Shown here: positions 39,619-51,639 of the stretch, one piece after another
Layout of the letters: the number at the start of each line of letters is the position of its first letter
Position numbering within the stretch: the first letter of the stretch is position 1
Source: Octopus bimaculoides
Lineage: Eukaryota
Reading direction: 5' to 3'
Assembly: GCF_001194135.2 (NCBI RefSeq)
Contig: NC_068986.1
Location: 63,961,055-64,025,054 of the forward strand
Length of the DNA: 64,000 bases
Program-made: the position numbers and the translations under genes
Notes under the pieces: model-generated
Told to the model about the DNA's origin: nothing
The model's input: the letters and a program-made list of their open reading frames with translations, nothing else
The model's database searches: none

Positions 39619-41229
39619 TGGCTAACCTTCTTAACTAGCTCCAATATTCCTAAACTTTGATGGTAGTTTTGGTAAGTTAAACAAACACTAGCCTACCTAC
39701 CTAAATTTTTTATGCCAAAGCAGGAACAACCCAGAAATATCAACACAGAAAATATATTTGCTTGATGGCGTTGATTAATCAACTGTATTTGTATCAGGAG
39801 AAATTACCATTCATCAATCCTTCAAGCAACATAACAAGAGCAAGGGGTGTGGGAATAACTCAAAATCAAATCAGTTGATGCACAAGTGTTTTTTGATTAA
39901 TACTGGAAATAAGAGAAGTGTTAAATAATCTGATCATGACAGTGACAACTCCAGATGTTTCAGTCTTATTAGATCTCCTTGGCAAAATAAATTTGTCAGA
40001 TGATAAAAGACAAATGAATAATACTTAGTAATTTAGTTATGCTGAGAAAAGTATTGAACTACCTGCTCATGAGTTCAAATCAGCTAGCACTTGGTTATAT
40101 TTCTGGTTAGAACATGTTAGTCTGCATTGCCTTAGCTCACTTTTTTTTTTTAGTAATCACTTTGGAAAGGACAGTTTTTATGACCCTTTTTAGGGCCTCC
40201 ATGACTTATGGGAGAGAGGGAGGAGAAAAAAAGGTATCATGAAACCAGAGACTTAGCCTGAATGCTTACAATTGTGTGGATTCTGAAAAAGGCACCTAAA
40301 TAAGCCACAGATCGATTTGAAATCAGAACTAATACTGCAAGACATTCTGTATCTTACTCTAATGATTCTGCCAGTCTTCTACCGTAAACTAGTACTTTAT
40401 CAGCCCTCCCTCTTCCTTCCAGAAGAATGAAAGAAAAACCTCAAAATATTTCAAAAGCTAAAAACCTCAAAATATTTCATCCAATGTTCCAACAACTCAG
40501 TTTGCTGCACTTAGCTATCAGCAATAAATAATGGGTTATTTTGGAAATGTAATATCAGAGTCTGTTAATCACTTAGTCTGCCCTTGTATTCAGATTAATT
40601 TCAATCACAAGCTGCAAGTGGTTGCTAGTGTGCAACAGTCAGTTCCATGTAAAACTTATCAGGGACTCACTACCAATGGATATCCTTTTCATTTATGAAA
40701 GGAATCACAATATCTTAAATTTATAGTTTGATTAGAAATGAATACCAAAGCTAATCATTTTTGAAATACAAATCTTTTTTTTTTAATTTACTGTAATATT
40801 GTGTAAAAGATTTCTCAATATGGTATCCCTCACTCAGTTGGTGGGAAGTCTTGTTTTGCTAGTTACTTGGTGAGCTTATTAGTACTGGTTCCATAAAAAA
40901 GTATCCAGTACACATTTTAATATGGTTGGCATTAGGAAAGACATCCAATCATAGAAACCATGCCAAAGCAGACAATAGAGGTTGGCACAAACTTCTAGCT
41001 TGTCAGTGTATCAAACTGTTCAACCTCAAATGGAGCTCATGAAGCTGAAAAATGTGGGAGTTAAGGCCCCTATTGGGGGTGGGTGTATTAATGTCGACCA
41101 GAGAAGTTGAATTGTTGGGAATCTTTTTAACTTGGGTCTTATATGTATTGTTTGAATTTCTTTGAAATAGGAAATATATGTATGTTCACTGGGTTTGTAA
41201 AAGAGAGCAAAGCTACAGGAAACCAAAAG

Positions 41230-43895
41230 ACGAATGATCACGATAATCAGTCAGCTACCCTAGCCTAGTCGTTACTACTCTCCAAGTAGGATTCCTCACC
41301 ATACAGGTAACAGGCACAGCTGTAAGATGCATTACGGATCTATAGCAATTGGAAGGGCATGACCCANNNNNNNNNNNNNNNNNNNNNNNNNNNNNNNNNN
41401 NNNNNNNNNNNNNNNNNNNNNNNNNNNNNNNNNNNNNNNNNNNNNNNNNNNNNNNNNNNNNNNNNNNNNNNNNNNNNNNNNNNNNNNNNNNNNNNNNNNN
41501 NNNNNNNNNNNNNNNNNNNNNNNNNNNNNNNNNNNNNNNNNNNNNNNNNNNNNNNNNNNNNNNNNNNNNNNNNNNNNNNNNNNNNNNNNNNNNNNNNNNN
41601 NNNNNNNNNNNNNNNNNNNNNNNNNNNNNNNNNNNNNNNNNNNNNNNNNNNNNNNNNNNNNNNNNNNNNNNNNNNNNNNNNNNNNNNNNNNNNNNNNNNN
41701 NNNNNNNNNNNNNNNNNNNNNNNNNNNNNNNNNNNNNNNNNNNNNNNNNNNNNNNNNNNNNNNNNNNNNNNNNNNNNNNNNNNNNNNNNNNNNNNNNNNN
41801 NNNNNNNNNNNNNNNNNNNNNNNNNNNNNNNNNNNNNNNNNNNNNNNNNNNNNNNNNNNNNNNNNNNNNNNNNNNNNNNNNNNNNNNNNNNNNNNNNNNN
41901 NNNNNNNNNNNNNNNNNNNNNNNNNNNNNNNNNNNNNNNNNNNNNNNNNNNNNNNNNNNNNNNNNNNNNNNNNNNNNNNNNNNNNNNNNNNNNNNNNNNN
42001 NNNNNNNNNNNNNNNNNNNNNNNNNNNNNNNNNNNNNNNNNNNNNNNNNNNNNNNNNNNNNNNNNNNNNNNNNNNNNNNNNNNNNNNNNNNNNNNNNNNN
42101 NNNNNNNNNNNNNNNNNNNNNNNNNNNNNNNNNNNNNNNNNNNNNNNNNNACACTGTTGTGCCGTTGAATTACAAATAATGCTCATCTGTTATGTTCGGG
42201 TGAAAGACAAAATGTATAAGTCATGGCCACTTATTGATTAAATTTTGCCAAAGTTTCAAAAACACTGTGTCTGAATGTGAGCATGATTCTGACCAAAACA
42301 TTCTTATCCATAAACAATATATCAAAGACAAACCCTTCTGTTGACATTCTTGCTAACAGACAGTGCAAATGGTTACATTGTGAATGCTGAAGTGTACACT
42401 GGGATGAGACCGGATGCCCGAGCAGTTGATAATCTGGGTGTCACAGGGAATCTCGTAGTGCAAATGACGGAGGGGTATCAGGCCCAGAACTATTCACTAT
42501 TCACGGATAGATTTTATACATCAGTTGAGGTTGCAGAATATTTATTGGATATTTATAGGACTATGTGGAACAGCTTTGACCAACAGAAGGTCTTTCCCAA
42601 AATGTCTCAAAAGAACTAACAGGCAAATTCAAAAAGGGGAATGAGTGGTTCTGTTCAAGGGGAACGTTGCAACGACGGTATGGATGGACAAACGCCGCAT
42701 ATATTTTGTTTCGTCAATTTATGTAGATTCACCCATNNNNNNNNNNNNNNNNNNNNNNNNNNNNNNNNNNNNNNNNNNNNNNNNNNNNNNNNNNNNNNNN
42801 NNNNNNNNNNNNNNNNNNNNNNNNNNNNNNNNNNNNNNNNNNNNNNNNNNNNNNNNNNNNNNNNNNNNNNNNNNNNNNNNNNNNNNNNNNNNNNNNNNNN
42901 NNNNNNNNNNNNNNNNNNNNNNNNNNNNNNNNNNNNNNNNNNNNNNNNNNNNNNNNNNNNNNNNNNNNNNNNNNNNNNNNNNNNNNNNNNNNNNNNNNNN
43001 NNNNNNNNNNNNNNNNNNNNNNNNNNNNNNNNNNNNNNNNNNNNNNNNNNNNNNNNNNNNNNNNNNNNNNNNNNNNNNNNNNNNNNNNNNNNNNNNNNNN
43101 NNNNNNNNNNNNNNNNNNNNNNNNNNNNNNNNNNNNNNNNNNNNNNNNNNNNNNNNNNNNNNNNNNNNNNNNNNNNNNNNNNNNNNNNNNNNNNNNNNNN
43201 NNNNNNNNNNNNNNNNNNNNNNNNNNNNNNNNNNNNNNNNNNNNNNNNNNNNNNNNNNNNNNNNNNNNNNNNNNNNNATGGACAAACGCCGCATATATTT
43301 TGTTTCGTCAATTTATGTAGATTCACCCATGACCTCAGTCACTAGGTATAATTGTAATGATACAGAAAGGTACCTGTCCCATGGCAGTGAAGAGTTAGAA
43401 TAACTTCATGAGAGAAACAGACAAATACGACCAAATGATACGCCATTACAAATGGCCTTGCTAATTAGTAATGAAGTTCTTTATGTGGATATCATATAAT
43501 GCTTGTTTTGTAGGGATTTTACAAGCCCCATGTCCAGCCTAACAAGAACCTTCACATTCCATGCTTCTTTGGCTAAGTTTTGTCAGTGATGTGAGGGTCA
43601 GTACCCAAGCAAGGACATAATCATCCAGCAACCGCAAAGGATCATTTGGTTGATGTTGGATTGCATGAGGTGGAACGAGCTGAACATCAAACCACAAACA
43701 ATCATTGTGCTGTGTTCATGGAGAAACATAGGCAGGTTAAGAGAGCAAATTCTAATGCTCAATATAAGGACTTGCCAAAACAGTCAAAGACTATTTTCTG
43801 GTGTAACCACTACAAAATTTTCCTTTGTATTAGGAAACCAGGATCAAACTTAGAGTGGTGTATTCAATTCCTGCGGGTGGTTAGGGTTCAAAGGG
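41230..43895 (+). mobile_element. Decayed piggyBac (PGBD-like) transposon, right end intact
   Basis: FLLTDSANGYIVNAEVYTG, LFTDRFYTSV, WMDKRRIYFVSS and a C-terminal Cys-rich remnant (KTIFWC..FLC). Ends AAAGGG followed by TTAA at 43896-43899. Left boundary uncertain and partly in a gap. Confidence 0.85.
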
Positions 43896-44139
43896 TTAAA
43901 TGATGCCACCCCACAGGCTAGGTGAGCAAGCCAACACTCTCCCACTGGTTGAAAGGGGGACTGAAGCAACATGAAATGAAGTGTTTTGCTCAAGAACGCA
44001 ATGTGCCACCCAGCCAGGAAATTGAAACCATGATCTAGCGATCATGAGCACAACAGCCTAACCACATATGTATAATGTGTATGTACATATATATGCATCT
44101 GTATACATACATATGTGTGTATAGATATTTATATATATA

Positions 44140-45665
44140 CAGTGCATTCCAGAAGTTTTGAGACTTTTTAGGAAGGGCAATAAAACTGTCCTAGATTATT
44201 GTAATTTTAATATATCATTACTATATATCTAAAAGCTGACCTGCCAACTTTTGTTATTTCAGATTGAAGGAACCAGCTGTAACACCACTTTGAACACAAC
44301 CTACTAAGTATTGCTTGTCAGAACTGATTAGTTTGCAGAATGCAGACGAGATGTTTAGAAGCTCAATCTATATATATAAAAATGAGAATGTGTGTGTGTG
44401 TGTGTGTGTGAATCCCTAAAACTCGAGAACTACGCAACCAATTTCATTCAAATTTTACAGATGCCTTACTTAGGGTTCCAGTTGTGTTTTAGTCAAAAAA
44501 CATTTTTAACTTCTTGCAGAGTTCAAGCCCACGGCAACATAATATCTCCTCCACTATTTAAGTATTACGTGTCAAAAGTGAAACAAAAACACTCATGTCA
44601 AATACTTTCACTTTAAAAATGAAACTATTCCACTAACTGAAACAATCACATTTCAATACTGTAATGACAGATACTTTCAGAGAGAGAGAGGTGTATATGT
44701 ATACATATAGATGTATATGTACACNNNNNNNNNNNNNNNNNNNNNNNNNNNNNNNNNNNNNNNNNNNNNNNNNNNNNNNNNNNNNNNNNNNNNNNNNNNN
44801 NNNNNNNNNNNNNNNNNNNNNNNNNNNNNNNNNNNNNNNNNNNNNNNNNNNNNNNNNNNNNNNNNNNNNNNNNNNNNNNNNNNNNNNNNNNNNNNNNNNN
44901 NNNNNNNNNNNNNNNNNNNNNNNNNNNNNNNNNNNNNNNNNNNNNNNNNNNNNNNNNNNNNNNNNNNNNNNNNNNNNNNNNNNNNNNNNNNNNNNNNNNN
45001 NNNNNNNNNNNNNNNNNNNNNNNNNNNNNNNNNNNNNNNNNNNNNNNNNNNNNNNNNNNNNNNNNNNNNNNNNNNNNNNNNNNNNNNNNNNNNNNNNNGT
45101 GGTGCATAAATTGTCAAGTAAATGAGACGCATCTTTGCCTCCACTGATTCACTTGCAAAGTGTTGAGTAAAATTATTTCATTGCAGACCTCCTTTGAGTC
45201 TTTTTATTATCACTGCGACACACATAGTCCCCAGTTGGTAACATTGATTTCAAGGCCTTCCCAGATGAGAGACTGGCATTCCACTTAATGTCTATGTTCC
45301 ATGTTGGCATGGATTGGAGAGTTATTAATGTAGAAATATGGTATCATAGCTACTAACAGTTGAGGGTTGCGTAGTATTTCTGCTAGTAGGCTATAAAATT
45401 TTGTTAAACTGGGCAAAAATCACTAAAGAAACTTATGAAATGCTCCAGACTGCTTATGGATTAATTTCACTGGCACAAGAGGTTTAAGAGTGGTAGAGAG
45501 GAGGTGAAAAATAATGAAGTATGAAAGGAAGAGTGATGTCAGACCATCAAAGCTGGTTGAGAAAATTCGCAATTTACTGAATAAAGACTGTTGCATCTCT
45601 AAAAACAATAAGTTTGGAGTTGGTGTGGTAACTGTACACATAATTATTCATGAAGATCTGAATAT
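44140..45665 (+). mobile_element. Mariner relic (5' TIR and N-terminal transposase), split by a Helitron-like insert
   Basis: TA|CAGTGCATTCCAGAAGTTTTGAGACT end. Joining 44366 to 45387 restores LEAQ*AIKFC, followed by ETYEMLQTAYG, HKRFKSGREEV and VHIIIHEDL. Confidence 0.7.
44367..45386 (+). mobile_element. Non-autonomous Helitron-like element
   Basis: Starts TCTATATATATAAAA after A and ends TATTTCTGCTAG before T, with no TSD. Similar A|TCTAATATAATAAAT 5' ends occur at 8507 and 9777. Confidence 0.7.
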
Positions 45666-45779
45666 GTGCTTACTAATACCAAGTACCTTACAGTATGTAC
45701 TGGGTGCATTTTTCAGGACACCAGCTCTAGTAGGATTGACATGTAAGTTGAAAACAAAAAGAAAATAAAAGGGGAAAGG

Positions 45780-46560
45780 AAAAATCATTGGCTAACTGGG
45801 AATGTATTTGAGAGAGAGCAAGGTGGCTTTGTGCCAAGTGGTGACTAAAGTATTACTGAGGGACATGAACAGATGTCTTGCTATAAATGAGATACATGGA
45901 TATGCTGCATTATATGAGGGTGGTTGAGAGTATCTGGAGGAGACGTAAAGATATTGGTGACATAGTGGCAGAGTGTAACTCTAGTGCTACAAGCTGGTGA
46001 GTATAAAGAATATAAATGGATCAAGAGGGAAGGAAAAGGTGGTTAATATCATAAGAGTGTGGGAGGAAAGTGATAGATGGTTAGAGCCTTGACTAGAAGT
46101 GGATGTGTAGTTGAGGGAAAATATCAGTATGAAGGGAGAGGTGAGAGAGAAGTGGTTCATGAAAGAGATGACAAACTGGCACAAGAGATGTAAGCAGTAG
46201 TGTCAAATTTGTAGATAGATGAGAAAGTAATGAGATGAAGAGCAGGAAGTGGAGAGGGAGAGCAATGGCAGTGAGAGGTACATGAAGATGATGACAGGAG
46301 GAAAGGGGAATTAATGGATGTTGAGGATGATAGGAGAGGTGTAAAATATGAGGTATAGAGCACTATGATACAGCTCAGATGGGAGAGATTGAAGGCACAG
46401 AAAAGAAGTGATTGTGGGGAGTAGTATGAAAAGGGATGGAGTTAAGAAGGAGGTAAGTGATAGTACAAAAGGGGGGAATTAAATATATCCTGATTAGGCC
46501 CTCAAGTGATTACAGCTGTGACAATTAAGAGTGGTAGAGGGATGGGTATTTGGAAGCTGA
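45780..46560 (-). mobile_element. Possible highly degenerate PLE-like relic (purine-rich plus strand)
   Basis: Strong strand asymmetry. Only scattered minus-strand peptides such as VTNIFTSPP resemble Neptune/Poseidon linker regions. Weak. Confidence 0.25.
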
Positions 46561-46939
46561 GATGTGGGGGAAATGCTTGATGTGAGTAGTTGGATGTAGG
46601 GCTCAGCATGAACTAACATAAGCATAATCTTTTAGAACCTCACTATCATCATGACATATGGGTCTTCATGAGCACAGCAAATTGCTAATAATCTTGGTAT
46701 GTGTACATATGTGTTTGTGTGTGTATATACATATATATACAATTCATTCAATCAGGGTCAGATGCAATATGAACCCAACCCTGATGTGAGTATGAAAGGA
46801 AGTGGTTTGAGTAAATAAATGATGCTTCATCATAAAGTTGTGCTCAGAAAAAATCTACTTCAACTTAAAGGGGAATAGGAAATATATGTACATCTCCCAG
46901 ACTCATGCAAAACCTATCTAAATTTAATCAGTATGAATT

Positions 46940-47290
46940 GTCCCATGCTCAAAATCAAGAATTAGATATTGTCCTTTGGTCGAAATCAGGTGCCAGTGTC
47001 ATTTTGGTTGAGCTGATAGTCTCTTACAAGAACCAAGGAGATGAACAACACCAATTCATGATGGGAAAGTGCACTAACCTTTTGAAAGAGGGGTACTTTG
47101 CACAGTAAAGGCAGTGGAAGTTGGAATGTGAGGATTTGTCACAACATCCATGCACCAACTACAAGGTCAATCTGAAATTAAAGGTTGCAAAAGAATTGCA
47201 ACAATGAAATGCCTGTCAGAGACAACTGAGAAGAGCTCAATGTGGTTATGAGTAAAAGGAACGATAGATGGAAATTGTAAGAGAATACAG
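46940..47290 (+). mobile_element. 3' relic of an RLE-type non-LTR retrotransposon (Hero/R2-superfamily-like endonuclease)
   Basis: LDIVLWSKSGASVILVELIVSY, VKAVEVG.RGFV and LSETTEKSSMWL*VK follow the PD-x-ELT..PVEVG.RG..S.WLW.KR pattern. Confidence 0.65.
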
Positions 47291-47600
47291 CAAGCCACTA
47301 GACATAGGACGGAAACCCAGATTGAAACAGTGTAAGTTTGTGCAATGGAGATCACCCAAAGGTCTTGAAATCAATCTCCACTACAGACGGCATTTAAATA
47401 ACAGCAGGAGGACACTTAAGTGTCACTACCTTGGTGGGTCAGACTCCCATACCATGTCAGGAACAAACTAGCCAAAATATTTGACAGTTCTTCCTTTGAA
47501 GATTTCTCTTGTCTGCTTGGCCTGTAATGAGTTTCTATTTACTATATACATATACACACAATATATATATATGTATGTATGTATACACACATACATATAT

Positions 47601-50465
47601 ATTCCCCCACTGCCCCAAGTTAGCTTACCAAATGAACAGAAGGAGCACTTTTATGATACTCTTCTACAGGCTACCTCAAAGATGAATGACAATGATCTCA
47701 TCTTTGTGGCTGGAGATTTCAATGGGCATGTTGGATGGCAGCCTGGTATCTCACATGGTGTTCATGGGAGTGGGGCATAGAATTGGTTCCCAAATCAAAG
47801 AGGGAACATGGCTACTGGAATTCTGTGATGCAAATAACCTTTTGATCTGCAACACCAATTTCAGGAAGCCAGCCAGCCACCTGAAAACCTATCAATCAGG
47901 TGACTTTGGTAGCCAGATCAATTACATTCTCACCAGACAGCAGGATGCATGGTTGCTCTTAAATACGAAGAAGCTTCTCTGGTGAAGAATGTAACCCCAC
48001 CAGCATAGACTAGTCATTAGCAACTTTAGACTCCAGGCCAGAAGGATGCTAAGAAGCAGACCAATCTGGAAAAGAAGGATATGGAAGCTTAAAGACCTTT
48101 CATATAGTCACAGATTTAGGGACATCCTAATTGAGAAATTTGATGAGAGGGAGGGGGAGCTACAAACTTGTGACATAGAGGACAACTGGGAATTCTTGCG
48201 AGACAGCTTGCTGAGTGCCACAGACCAAATCTGTGGCTGGTGCAAAGTCCCTTCTAGACTTAGGGTAACGTGGTGGTGGAATAATACTGTAGACAGGGCC
48301 ATTAGAGCAAAGAAACAGGCCTGGAAGAGAGGGGACAGCAGGAAACAGTATTAGATAGCCAGAAGGGAAGCTAGGAAACAGGTATATCTAGCTAAAGGAG
48401 AAGCAGAAAAGAAGTTTGCCAATGTTCAGCGTCGTGAGAACCGAAGAACTGAATTATTTCAGATTGCAAGACAGTGTGTGAGAGAAAATTGTGATGTCAT
48501 AAGAGAGAAATGTGTCTGCATGGATGATGATGCACTTGCTCTTAATGAGTCTGTAAAGAAAAAGGCTTGGCGATGCCATTATGAAAGACTGCTGAACATG
48601 GAGGAGGAGAATCTGCCAAATGTTGACCCAATTGAGGTACCAGCTACCTGAATCGACAGTACCATGGTAGATAAAGCAATTAAAGATATGAAAACAAGGA
48701 ATCACCACTGAGATGCTCAAAATATCTGGTGGTGTGGGCTATGGTCTAATTACCCGTATTGTAAGTCAGGTGGTTCATTCATAAAGGAGTCATACCCAAT
48801 GACTGGTGTAGCAGCACCATTGTCAACTGCTACAAAAGTAAAGGCGATGCCTTAGATAGAAATAATTACAGAGGTATCAAACTATTGGATCAGGTGATGA
48901 AAATTGCAAAGTGAGTCATAGCCCAACTAATTAGGGAGAGATTTAGTCTAGATAAGATGCAGTTTGGTTTTGTGCCAGGTAGAAGCACCACTGATGCTAT
49001 ATTTCTGGTAAGGCAGCTGCAGGAGAAATACCTGGCCAAAGATAAACCTCTGTACTTGGCTTTGTTGACTTGGAGAAAACTTTTGACAGAGACCACGATC
49101 CCTTATCTGGCGGTCAATGCAGTAACTAGGGATAGACCAGTGGTTGGTGAGAGCCATATAAGCCTTGTTCAGGTATGCTACCAGTAAGGTGAGGGTGGGC
49201 AATGAGTACAGCAAAGAATTCATGGTACAAGTAGGGGTTCACCAAGGATCAGTGCTCAGCCCCCTCTTGTTCATCATAGTCCTCCAGGCAATAACAGAGG
49301 AATTCAGGACAGGCTGCCTCTGGAAGCTCCTCTATTCTGATGACTTTGCTCTTGTAGCTGAATCACTACCTGAACTAGAGAAGTTCCAGGTATGGAAGCA
49401 GGGACTAGAATCGAAGGGACTTAGGTTCAACTTAGCTAAAACCAAAGTCTTAGTAAGTAGGAAGGTAGACAAAATTACAAATCCCTTCAGGTAAATGGCC
49501 CTGCTCAATCTGTAGAAAAGGTGTAGGTAGAAACTCCATAAGATGCACCCAATGTAAGCTTTAGACACATAAAAGGTGCAGCATGGCAGTGAAACATGGG
49601 CTATAACAGCCGAGGACATGCGTAGGCTTGAGAAAAAGGAAACCAATATGCTTCACTTGATGTGCAATGTCAGTGTGCATGTTCGACAGAGTCTAAGCAT
49701 CTTGAGAGAAAAGTTAGGCATAAGAGGAATCAGATGTGGTGTCCTGGTATGGTCATGAGATGCATATAGACGAGGACGCAGTGTAAAGAAGTTCCAGTCT
49801 CTAACTGTGGAGGTAACCTGTGGTAGAGGTAGACTCAGGAAGACACGGGACGAGGTGGTGAAGCATGATCTTTGAACTTTGAGCCTCACAGAGGCAATGA
49901 CTGGTGACTGAGACCTTTGGTGATGTGCTCTGCTTGAGAGGACCCATCTAGCCAAGTTCATCCATGCTGGTGGCATGTAAGGAACACCTTTTGAATGTTG
50001 AGCCTCACGGAGGCAAAGTGGCTGAGTTCCTTTCGAGTGTTAGGCCTTGTGAGGGCAAAGTGACTGAGTTCCTCTCAAGCATTGGGCCTGACGGAGGCAA
50101 AGTGGCTGAGTTCCTTTTGGGTGTTGGGTGTCACGGAACCAAGTGGCCAAGTTCCTTTTGAGTGTTGAACCTCATGGAGGCAATGACCAAGACTTTTGGT
50201 ATTATGTCGTGCTTGGGAAGAAAACCCATCAAACCAAGCAAAATTGCAGTCATGGCAGATACCAGTGTCATGCAAATGGCACCCGTACTGGTTGCACATA
50301 AAAGCACCCATTACACTCTCAGAGTAGTTGGTATTAGGATGGGCATCCAGCCGTAGAAAACCATGCTAAATCAGACTGGAGTCTGGTGCAGCCTTCCAGC
50401 ATGCCAGCCCAATCAAACCGTCCAACCCATGCTAGTATGGACAACGGACGTTAAATGATGATGTA
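47601..50465 (+). mobile_element. RTE-type LINE (APE endonuclease + RT + 3' tail), frameshifted
   Basis: LIFVAGDFNGHVG, QFGFVPGRSTTDAIF, VGVHQGSVLSPLLFII, LLYSDD, a Cys-rich insert WPCSICRKGVGRNSIRCTQC, and a (GAT)n-type tail at 50455-50465. Confidence 0.92.
49996..50185 (+). repeat. 42-bp tandem repeat (about 4.5 units) in the LINE 3' region
   Basis: GTTCCT recurs at 50026, 50068, 50110 and 50151. The unit resembles gagcctcacagaggcaatgac at about 49880. Confidence 0.8.
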
Positions 50466-50493
50466 TATATGTATACACACACACACACACACT

Positions 50494-51190
50494 TGATACC
50501 TCTGTAATTATTTGTATCTAAAGCGTCACCTTTACTTTTGTAGCAGTTGACTATGGTGTTGCTACACCAGTCATTGGGTATGACTCCTTCATGTATCACC
50601 TGGTTAACAATATGGGTAACTAGGCTATAGCCGACACTACCAGATATTTTGAGCATCTCTGCGGTGATTCCAGATGGGCCAGGGTTTTCCCTGACTTCAT
50701 ACTCTTAATTGCTTTATCTACCAAGGTACTGTCAATTCGGATAGCTGGCCCCTCTGTTGGGTCAACATTTGGCAGACTCTCTTTCTCCCATTCATTCTCT
50801 TTATTGAGCAACCTTTCATAGTGGCGTTTCCAAACCTCTCTCTTTGCAGCCTCGTTTAGTGAAAGTGAACCATCATTCATGTGCACACATTTCTCTCCTA
50901 CGACATCATGATTCTCTCTCACACACTGTTTTGCAACACGAAATATCTCAAGTCTTTGGTCCCTCACAGCACAGAACATCGGCAATTTTTTTCTTATCTG
51001 TTTCCCCTCTGGCTTCCCTTCTGGCAATCTGATACAATTCCCTGCTACCACCGTTCTTCCATTCTTTCCAAGCCTGTTTCTTTTCTCTAACAACATTGTT
51101 CCACCACACGTTACCTTGGGTCGAGAGGGGACTTTACACCATCCACAGATCTGGTCAGTGGCCCTCAGCAGGTTGTCCCGTAGAAACCTT
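50494..51190 (-). mobile_element. Internal fragment of the same RTE family, inverted
   Basis: VIPNDWCSNTIVNCYKSKGDALDTNNYRGIK and WKRHYERLLN correspond to 48160-48890 on the plus strand. Confidence 0.9.
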
Positions 51191-51639
51191 CAGTTGTCTT
51201 CCACATTATGTAATGCTATATCCCCTAATATATATATATATATGTACATACATACATATATATATATATGGTGGTTGTCTACTCCTTATGCAGAGTTTGA
51301 CCACCTCCTCTACCTACACCTTAGCACCATCATGGCATCTAATGTGGCTTTTTAAACCAGACAATGTTCTGAAAAGACACCCACATAGATTGCACATCCG
51401 ATTTGAACCACAAGAGCTGCAGATAAGTTCTCATCTTTGTGGATCTGAAAATGTCTTTTGAGGCCTCCATTAGATTTGCAAACCTTCTGGCATACATTAC
51501 ATTCAAAGATATGCACAGACATATAGGCAGAGTAGTTGGTGGAGGTTCGTTTTCCATGGGTTCACAAATGAGATTTGAGTTTCTTGAAAAAAAAGCACGG
51601 TCTGTCACAAACTGTGCACACAAAAAAGTCATTGTAATT

